Notes under the pieces: generated by a model
The model's input: only the letters and a program-made list of their open reading frames with translations
Databases searched by the model: none
Told to the model about the DNA's origin: nothing
Assembly: GCA_037444445.1 (NCBI GenBank)
Contig: JBBIMK010000033.1
Span: 1-12,415, forward strand
Source of the DNA: a bacterium
GTDB taxonomy: Bacteria; UBP7; UBA6624; JBBIMK01
DNA: 12,415 nucleotides
Direction: 5' to 3'
Part shown: piece by piece, positions 7,715-12,415 of the stretch
Position numbering within the stretch: position 1 is the first letter of the stretch
Layout: each line of letters starts with the position of its first letter
Made by a program: the position numbers and the translations under genes

Positions 7715-8251
7715 TTAGTAGCGGACGCCGATGTTCACATGCCAGAGCCCACTTTTCATAGGCTCATCGGAGGCCATGAATCCACCTTCAATGAAGGAAT
7801 CTATCCAGTAGTCACCGAAGAAATCAACGCCGAGGACGGCATCCCAGGCGAAGGAGGATTCATCTTGCAGTCCCATAGAGGGAATGGCGGAATCAGGGAA
7901 GTATAGACCTCCACCTGCGCCCAGATAGAGAGCGGTGCTCTGAAAGTTCTGGAAACGCCATCGGACTTTGACGAAAAGAGGATATAAATTCGCCTTTCCG
8001 ACGGTGGAGTCATGAATTTCCACCCAGTTTCCTGCCAGGGAGAGGCTAAAGGGGGATTTTTCCCAGACCTTCCAGTCCACTCCCACGGAGAATTCCGATT
8101 TCTCCTGGGTTTTTGCTCTTGTGGAGAAGACGCCGTAGGTGAAGCCGAAGTCCGCCCCGTTCACAGGCTGAGGAAGCCACAGGAGGCTGGAGATGAAAGC
8201 CAGCCCCACCAGAAGTTCCACCCCTTTACCTGCCCATCTACCTCCGTTCAT
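7715..8251 (-). CDS. Small outer-membrane beta-barrel protein (OmpW/OmpA-barrel-like)
   Basis: Signal-like N-terminus (LLVGLAFISSLLWLPQPVNGA), alternating beta-strand pattern and a C-terminal NIGVRY with a terminal aromatic residue. I prefer ATG 8249-8251, preceded by AGGTGGTGAGG, over the track GTG at 8260. Confidence 0.65.
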   Translation of the reverse strand: MNGGRWAGKGVELLVGLAFISSLLWLPQPVNGADFGFTYGVFSTRAKTQEKSEFSVGVDWKVWEKSPFSLSLAGNWVEIHDSTVGKANLYPLFVKVRWRFQNFQSTALYLGAGGGLYFPDSAIPSMGLQDESSFAWDAVLGVDFFGDYWIDSFIEGGFMASDEPMKSGLWHVNIGVRY

Positions 8252-8269
8252 CCTCACCACCTATCCTGT

Positions 8270-8297
8270 ATTATATACCATTTCTTGTAAAATGCAA
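8270..8297 (-). promoter_or_regulatory. Candidate sigma70 promoter of the small OMP gene (TTGCAT-16 nt-TATAAT)
   Basis: The minus strand reads TTGCATTTTACAAGAAATGGTATATAATACAGG. The -10 element ends about 18 nt before the ATG. Confidence 0.45.
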
Positions 8298-8307
8298 AAT
8301 GGTGCTG

Positions 8308-8362
8308 GGAAGTCCCGAATAAATCAAGACTTCCGCAGGAGCGGGCGGGACGCAACCTGCGG
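8308..8362 (-). terminator. Two tandem hairpins downstream of the toxin-antitoxin pair (possible terminator)
   Basis: CCGCAGG/CCTGCGG (8333-8339 with 8356-8362) and GGAAGTC/GACTTCC (8308-8314 with 8328-8334) form 7-bp stems. On the minus strand they are followed by T-rich stretches (TTGATTTATT and ATTTTGCATTTT). Not a canonical tight terminator. Confidence 0.3.
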
Positions 8363-8414
8363 TCTTCATCCCCTGCGCGTCTTATTTCTCACAGGGTTTT
8401 CAATGGAAAACGAA

Positions 8415-8597
8415 TCACATTGGCGAAATCAAGGTCAGGGTAATAAGACACAATTTTTGGGCACAGCATAAGTCATAGACCTGCTGGTCGGAAATCCCTT
8501 GAAGTCCCTGCTCCTGGAAGGTATGTGCTTCATAGCCTGCGTCCCGAAGGATTTTCACGATTCGTATCCCAAAATTCTCGTCCAGCTTGAACTTCAT
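8415..8597 (-). CDS. DUF5615 family PIN-like toxin, apparently frameshifted and 3'-truncated (probable pseudogene)
   Basis: MKFKLDENFGIRIVKILRDAGYEAHTFQEQGLQGISDQQVYDLC...LITL matches the N-terminal half of DUF5615/COG4634 proteins. The frame ends after 60 aa. A 1-nt shift at about 8436 restores the family motif DLDFANVIRFP, but that frame stops 14 codons later. The ATG overlaps the antitoxin stop (ATGA). Confidence 0.6.
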   Translation of the reverse strand: MKFKLDENFGIRIVKILRDAGYEAHTFQEQGLQGISDQQVYDLCCAQKLCLITLTLISPM

Positions 8598-8836
8598 CCG
8601 ACTGACTTCATCGGAATCTCCACATACCGCTCCCGGGACATTTCAGCGCCATACGCGATGCAAGCCCGAATGTCCTCATCGGTAAGGTGCGGATACTCCT
8701 GAAGAATCTCGCCCACGCTCATACCGCCGGCAAGCAGGTCCAGGACCAGGGACATCCAGATGCGGGTGCCACGAACGCACGGCTTGCCGAAGCAAACAGC
8801 TGGATCAATGCTAATGCGTGCCTGCCAGTCTTCCAT
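8594..8836 (-). CDS. DUF433 (COG2442) domain antitoxin-like protein
   Basis: MEDWQARISIDPAVCFGKPCVRGTRIWMSLVLDLLAGGMSVGEILQEYPHLTDEDIRACIAYGAE is a typical full-length DUF433 protein of 80 aa. GGAGG/GAAAGG lies upstream of ATG 8834-8836. The 118 extra N-terminal codons of the track ORF run through repeat/hairpin DNA and are not coding. Confidence 0.85.
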   Translation of the reverse strand: MEDWQARISIDPAVCFGKPCVRGTRIWMSLVLDLLAGGMSVGEILQEYPHLTDEDIRACIAYGAEMSRERYVEIPMKSVG

Positions 8837-9040
8837 CCTTTCCGCGCCTCCACACACGATTCTAACCCCTTTGTTCGGTAAAGAGAAGCAAGTTTGAGAA
8901 ACCTGCACCCTGCCACGCCGACGACCCCATTTTCGTCTACATCCCTTCCAGATTTCCATTATTACACACTTTCGGGGTCCCGAAGTTCGTAGTGGCACCG
9001 CTGAAATATAGCGGGGCTTTAAATCGCCCGATAAGGAGTT

Positions 9041-9100
9041 GTCATGCTGAACGCAGTGAAGCATCTCAATTGGGATTCTTCGCCTTCGGCTCAGAATGAC
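9041..9100. repeat. Imperfect palindromic REP/MITE-like element
   Basis: The arms are GTCATGCTGAACGCAGTGAAGCATCTC and TCTTCGCCTTCGGCTCAGAATGAC. The reverse complement of the second arm is GTCATTCTGAGCCGAAGGCGAAGA. They pair imperfectly around a loop of about 9 nt. Translated, the element gives the VILS.../...LHCVQHD-type peptides that recur in spurious small ORFs over such repeats. Confidence 0.5.
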
Positions 9101-9104
9101 ACTC

Positions 9105-9137
9105 GGGAGTCCCGTTTCAAAACAAGCGGGACTTCCC
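9105..9137. other. Strong stem-loop (10-13 bp stem, one bulge) adjoining the palindromic element
   Basis: GGGAGTCCCGTTT-caaaac-AAGCGGGACTTCCC. There is no flanking U-run on either strand, so it is not a canonical intrinsic terminator. Confidence 0.5.
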
Positions 9138-9180
9138 TGCGCTCCACCGGTTGAAATCCATAGTTGAGGTATAATACAAA

Positions 9181-10488
9181 GTGAAGGCAATGACCAAAAA
9201 GGGGGAAATCATTTCAAGGAGAATAGAAAGGGAGGGAAGGAAGTCCGTCAGCCAGCCCGAGCAGACTTACCCCTCCGCAAAGCCAGGGGTTCACACCGGC
9301 TGGAAGCATCCGGGCGGCAAGCTATTAGCGTGTGGAGCCGAATCCCTCACGGATGCAGAACTCCTCGCTATCCTGCTGGGAACTGGGATGAAGGGCAAGC
9401 CAGCCGAGACACTTGCCAGTGAAATTCTCTCCAGATACGGCACACTGGAGCAAGCGATTCTTCATCTGTCGTCAGCGGTGGGAAGATTTAAGGGAATCGG
9501 GAAAGTCAAGAGCGTTCGTCTTGCGGCCATAAAAGAACTTCTTCAGAGGCTTTTCCCGGATGTTTACTTGAGAGAATCCCTGGGCACTCCATCTCCGCCC
9601 CTTTTTGAGGTAGCGCCATTAAAACCTCCACCTTCCACAGAAACAGCAATACAAGGGGATAAAAAATTATTTTTCCAGGCAAACCATATAACGATTATCC
9701 ACGACGATTTTCTAACAACGGATGCTATTAAAGAGAATTCGGTTGACTTGATTGTCACTTCACCTCCCTATAATGTGGACATCAAATATAACTCCTACGA
9801 TGATAAGATGCCTTATGAGATTTATCTGGAGTTCACCCAGAAATGGATTGAGAGAGCCTATCAATTGGCTAAAGAAGATGGTCGCTTTTGCCTCAATATT
9901 CCTCTGGATAAAAATAAGGGTGGACAACAAAGTGTTTTTGCTGACATTGTGTCCATTGCCAAGAAAATGGGCTGGAAATACCACTCTGCTATCGTCTGGA
10001 ATGAGCAGAATATATCTCGGCGAACTGCGTGGGGCTCCTGGCTTAGCGCCACTGCACCTTTTGTGATTGCGCCTGTAGAAATGATTGTAATTTTATACAA
10101 GAAAAAATGGAGAAAAACCAGCGGGTCCAGGATGTCGGATATTTCTAAAAATGAGTTTATGGATTGGACAAACGGCGTTTGGTCTTTCTCGGGTGAAAGT
10201 AAAAAGAAAGTGGGGCATCCCGCTCCATTTCCTGTGGAGCTCCCGAAGAGGTGTATCAAATTGTTCACTTTCGTGGGGGATACGGTGCTTGACCCATTTT
10301 TAGGTAGCGGCTCTACCCTGATTGCTTGTGCCTTAACTCACAGAGCAGGAATAGGCGTTGAAATTGATAAAAATTATTGCGAGATTGCCAAACAAAGGCT
10401 GGTCAAGGAAACCCGTATTACTCAACTTACATCTCCGCATGCTGAGTTAAGAGATTCCACCGCGGGAAAGCATGAAAAAATCATATAA
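9181..10488 (+). CDS. Chimeric protein: RadC-family N-terminal helix-hairpin-helix region (no JAB/MPN domain) fused to a beta-class N4-cytosine/N6-adenine DNA methyltransferase
   Basis: aa 44-125 (GGKLLACGAESLTDAELLAILLGTGMKGKPAETLASEILSRYGTLEQAIL...FKGIGKVKSVRLAAIKELLQRL) align with the RadC/YicR N-terminus ([30 protein letters not shown]...). aa 165-410 carry methyltransferase motif IV (DLIVTSPPY, 9760-9771), then HPAPFPVELP, then motif I (VLDPFLGSGST, about 10297). Order IV before I defines the beta class. The start is GTG 9181 (GAGG 11 nt upstream) or ATG 9190. Confidence 0.9.
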   Translation: MKAMTKKGEIISRRIEREGRKSVSQPEQTYPSAKPGVHTGWKHPGGKLLACGAESLTDAELLAILLGTGMKGKPAETLASEILSRYGTLEQAILHLSSAVGRFKGIGKVKSVRLAAIKELLQRLFPDVYLRESLGTPSPPLFEVAPLKPPPSTETAIQGDKKLFFQANHITIIHDDFLTTDAIKENSVDLIVTSPPYNVDIKYNSYDDKMPYEIYLEFTQKWIERAYQLAKEDGRFCLNIPLDKNKGGQQSVFADIVSIAKKMGWKYHSAIVWNEQNISRRTAWGSWLSATAPFVIAPVEMIVILYKKKWRKTSGSRMSDISKNEFMDWTNGVWSFSGESKKKVGHPAPFPVELPKRCIKLFTFVGDTVLDPFLGSGSTLIACALTHRAGIGVEIDKNYCEIAKQRLVKETRITQLTSPHAELRDSTAGKHEKII

Positions 10489-11068
10489 GACTGTAGAGGG
10501 AAGGCAAAGTTTCGTCGCAAAAAGTGGAAAGGAGTTAGAGAAAAGGGTTACTGAATATCTGAGATTGGAACTTGGAAAACATGGAATACAAATCATCCAC
10601 GGAGATGAAATTAAAAAAAACAGAACAAAATACACAGGGCTTTACGAATATCTTTCTATTCCAACCAAAGAATCCTATACGAAGCAGGTATGGGGAGATA
10701 TAGATTTGATTGCGGTGGATAATCAGAAGAAGCCGATAGCCATTATCAGTTGTAAAACAAGTTTCCATGGTAGATTCACCGAAACACTTTTCTATAGTGT
10801 GATATTCAGGTTACTTACTCGCATTAAATTTGTCCTGGTCACTTCAGATGAAGGCAGGGGGCAAAAAGGGAAGTGGCAATCAGAATTGGGTAGTGAAAAG
10901 AAACCCACGAAAGATAGAATACTGGCAACTACTTTCCTGGATGGTCTTTACACGACGAATGATGGAACAAAACTGGGTGGAATCGTGAAATTTATCACGG
11001 ATTTACCGAAAGATATCCTGCATTGGAAGGAAGACATTATAAAAATCCATTCTTCACAGTTACCGTAA
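10472..11068 (+). CDS. Putative Type II restriction endonuclease (PD-(D/E)xK-like), cognate of the upstream methyltransferase
   Basis: 198-aa ORF overlapping the methyltransferase stop by 17 nt, with the same low GC. The candidate catalytic block is GDIDLIAV-x10-IISCKTSFHGRFTE (D76/D78 ... S93-x-K95 ... E104). This arrangement is reminiscent of the D...SxK...E variant seen in Cfr10I/NgoMIV-type enzymes. No specific family recognised by eye. Confidence 0.6.
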   Translation: MKKSYKTVEGRQSFVAKSGKELEKRVTEYLRLELGKHGIQIIHGDEIKKNRTKYTGLYEYLSIPTKESYTKQVWGDIDLIAVDNQKKPIAIISCKTSFHGRFTETLFYSVIFRLLTRIKFVLVTSDEGRGQKGKWQSELGSEKKPTKDRILATTFLDGLYTTNDGTKLGGIVKFITDLPKDILHWKEDIIKIHSSQLP

Positions 11069-11218
11069 ACAAGATATGCTGAATATGGCATCCATACTCG
11101 TATACCAGGACCCAAGGGGGGACTTATGCCGGGCTGGGGAGTGGTGAGTGAACTTTTGGAAGAAAAACTTGAGAGGATAGAAATACCTGATGAGGACGAG
11201 GGTAGGAGGTGAAAAAAA

Positions 11219-11446
11219 ATGGCAAAATACCAATGCCAAAACTGTGGCTATAAGGGTTCTGAACTGGTCTTCCAATTGACTGATTATACTTACTGCGTAG
11301 CGACAAATGACGATGAACCAGAATATAGGGCAACAATTCCGGATTGGGTGATACATAAAGCGGTTGGGGAGGCGGAGATCGAGCAACCAGTGGGCTGTCC
11401 TAAATGTCATGCCTGGGGTGCAACAAATTTTGAGATGATTGAGTAG
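11219..11446 (+). CDS. Small acidic zinc-ribbon protein, function unknown
   Basis: 75 aa with C6-x2-C9 and C60-x2-C63. There are 12 Asp/Glu against 5 Lys/Arg. A strong SD (GGTAGGAGGTGA) lies 7 nt before the ATG. Low GC, like the R-M genes. Confidence 0.55.
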   Translation: MAKYQCQNCGYKGSELVFQLTDYTYCVATNDDEPEYRATIPDWVIHKAVGEAEIEQPVGCPKCHAWGATNFEMIE

Positions 11447-11596
11447 CCTCACAGCAAGGGGTCAGACACCTGTTTGTGGTATATCGTATAATAATGCTGT
11501 GGAATTGGGAGATATAAGAACTGAAGTGGGCTATTTAGATAGGGTGGGAGGGGTCTGGTTGCTGGAAACTGGCATCTGGGAGGGGGGAATTGAGGT

Positions 11597-12322
11597 ATGA
11601 AGGGGAAGAAGGAAGAGGATTTCGGGCTGGATGTAGTGGCTTTCGGTGCCCATCCGGATGATGTGGAAATTGGAGCGGGCGCCTTTTTATTAAAGATGAA
11701 GCGGCTGGGTTATTCCACGGGCGTTGTGCATTTAACGGATGGGGATATGGGGAAGGGTGACCCGAAGAAGAGGCGAGAAGAAGCCCGAGCCGCCGCGCGC
11801 CTCCTGGAGGTGGATGTGCTGGAGTTTATGAACCTGGGCGACTGCCGGCTGGAGGATAATCAGGAGAACCGGGTGAAGGTGGCGGGGATGATTCGGCGTC
11901 TTCGTCCGCGTCTGGTTCTGGCTCCTTACTTTGGCACCGAGCCCGGGCGAGGGCTGGGGCACGCGGACCACATTGCAGGAGGCTATCTGGTTACCCACGC
12001 GGCCAACTTCGCGCATTTAGAAAAATTCCCTGCTTTTGGAAAAGCCCACGCCATCCAGCGCCTGATGTATTACCAGTTCAGCCCGTTCATCAAGCCCTCT
12101 ATCGTGGTGCCCGTGGATGAGGAATTTCCCATTTCCATAGAAGCGCTGAAACAGCATGAAACCCAGTTCGGGAAGATAGAGCACGAGTGGTTTCGTGAGT
12201 TGATAGAGGCGGGGGCAAAGCGTTTGGGCTGGATGGTGGGCGCCCGCTTCGCCCTGGGCTTCCTCCTGACCGCCCCCCTGCGTGTGGATGACCCCCTCAA
12301 ACTCCTTTGCCCCGAAGAGTAG
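11597..12322 (+). CDS. PIG-L/LmbE family N-acetylglucosaminyl deacetylase (BshB1-like)
   Basis: VVAFGAHPDDVEIGAGAFLLK...VVHLTDGDMG...LGHADH are the PIG-L family zinc-binding and catalytic motifs (AHPDD, HxDH). Host-like high GC. Confidence 0.9.
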   Translation: MKGKKEEDFGLDVVAFGAHPDDVEIGAGAFLLKMKRLGYSTGVVHLTDGDMGKGDPKKRREEARAAARLLEVDVLEFMNLGDCRLEDNQENRVKVAGMIRRLRPRLVLAPYFGTEPGRGLGHADHIAGGYLVTHAANFAHLEKFPAFGKAHAIQRLMYYQFSPFIKPSIVVPVDEEFPISIEALKQHETQFGKIEHEWFRELIEAGAKRLGWMVGARFALGFLLTAPLRVDDPLKLLCPEE

Positions 12323-12415
12323 CCAGTAGTGATGAAAGGGCAGGTTTGGAACCCGCCCATCCGTGCTTGTATGTTAAAGTTTTTTAAGCATACCGAGGAT
12401 AGAAAGAATCGCCAT

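Noticed and set aside
8307-9137. 11-nt inverted match GGGAAGTCCCG (8307-8317) / CGGGACTTCCC (9127-9137) flanking the toxin-antitoxin pair, considered as terminal inverted repeats
   Set aside because: In a 12.4-kb window, tens of 11-mer matches over both orientations are expected by chance. The similarity does not extend beyond about 13 nt. Worth a genome-wide copy count, but not supportable as TIRs from this window.
8837-9190. N-terminal 118 codons of the 198-aa track ORF 8594..9190 (-)
   Set aside because: Only the last 80 aa match DUF433, and they have their own ATG and SD at 8836. The extension runs through palindromic and hairpin repeats and has an Arg/Cys/Gly-rich, non-protein-like composition.
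9564-10268. Antisense and alternative-frame ORFs within the methyltransferase gene (9564..9758, 9752..10066, 9760..9984, 9861..10268), and 11060..11452 / 11124..11336 opposite the zinc-ribbon gene
   Set aside because: They lie inside or opposite ORFs with clear motifs and have hydrophobic or low-complexity translations. The long minus-strand frames at 11060-11452 span an intergenic region with no start context.
9652-11461. CAAGGGG at both compositional boundaries of the low-GC islet (9652-9658 and 11455-11461), considered as a target-site duplication
   Set aside because: A 7-nt match between two 100-nt windows is expected by chance about half the time. No adjoining inverted repeats or recombinase gene are present.
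12332-12415. Plus-strand frame MKGQVWNPPIRACMLKFFKHTEDRKNRH... open to the window end
   Set aside because: Only 28 codons are visible, the RBS is weak and there is no motif. This is not enough to call a partial CDS.
1-12415. Searches for a CRISPR array, tRNA/rRNA genes, transposase/integrase genes or long direct repeats
   Set aside because: No regularly spaced repeats, no GTTCGA(A/T)TC-type T-loops in intergenic regions, and no ORF with DDE, tyrosine-recombinase or serine-recombinase motifs were seen.

Overview
The window looks like chromosomal DNA from a diderm bacterium. Hand-counted GC in the core genes is about 55-60%. No rRNA, tRNA, CRISPR array, transposase or integrase was seen.

Positions 203-6974 hold a long co-directional minus-strand cluster:
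- a Bcp peroxiredoxin
- a possible 68-aa small ORF
- a 4-TM membrane protein
- a DUF488 protein
- a tightly coupled four-gene unit: an amicyanin-like blue-copper protein, an outer-membrane beta-barrel, a Cache-like/HAMP/GAF/HD-GYP c-di-GMP phosphodiesterase and a 360-aa polytopic membrane protein

Positions 7249-8251 carry a Thermus/Mycobacterium-type 7Fe ferredoxin and a small OMP.

The accessory part is 8300-11520. It contains a DUF433 antitoxin with a frameshifted and truncated DUF5615 PIN-like toxin, a hairpin-rich spacer with a REP-like palindrome, and a Type II-like restriction-modification module. The methyltransferase of that module is translationally fused to the N-terminal helix-hairpin-helix half of RadC.

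GC falls from about 58-60% to about 32-40% inside this single ORF, near 9600-9660. It stays low through the putative PD-(D/E)xK nuclease and an acidic zinc-ribbon ORF, then recovers near 11520 before a PIG-L/LmbE-family deacetylase gene. This chimeric low-GC defence islet of about 1.9 kb is the most interesting object in the window. All functional calls come from motif recognition by eye; no database searches were run.
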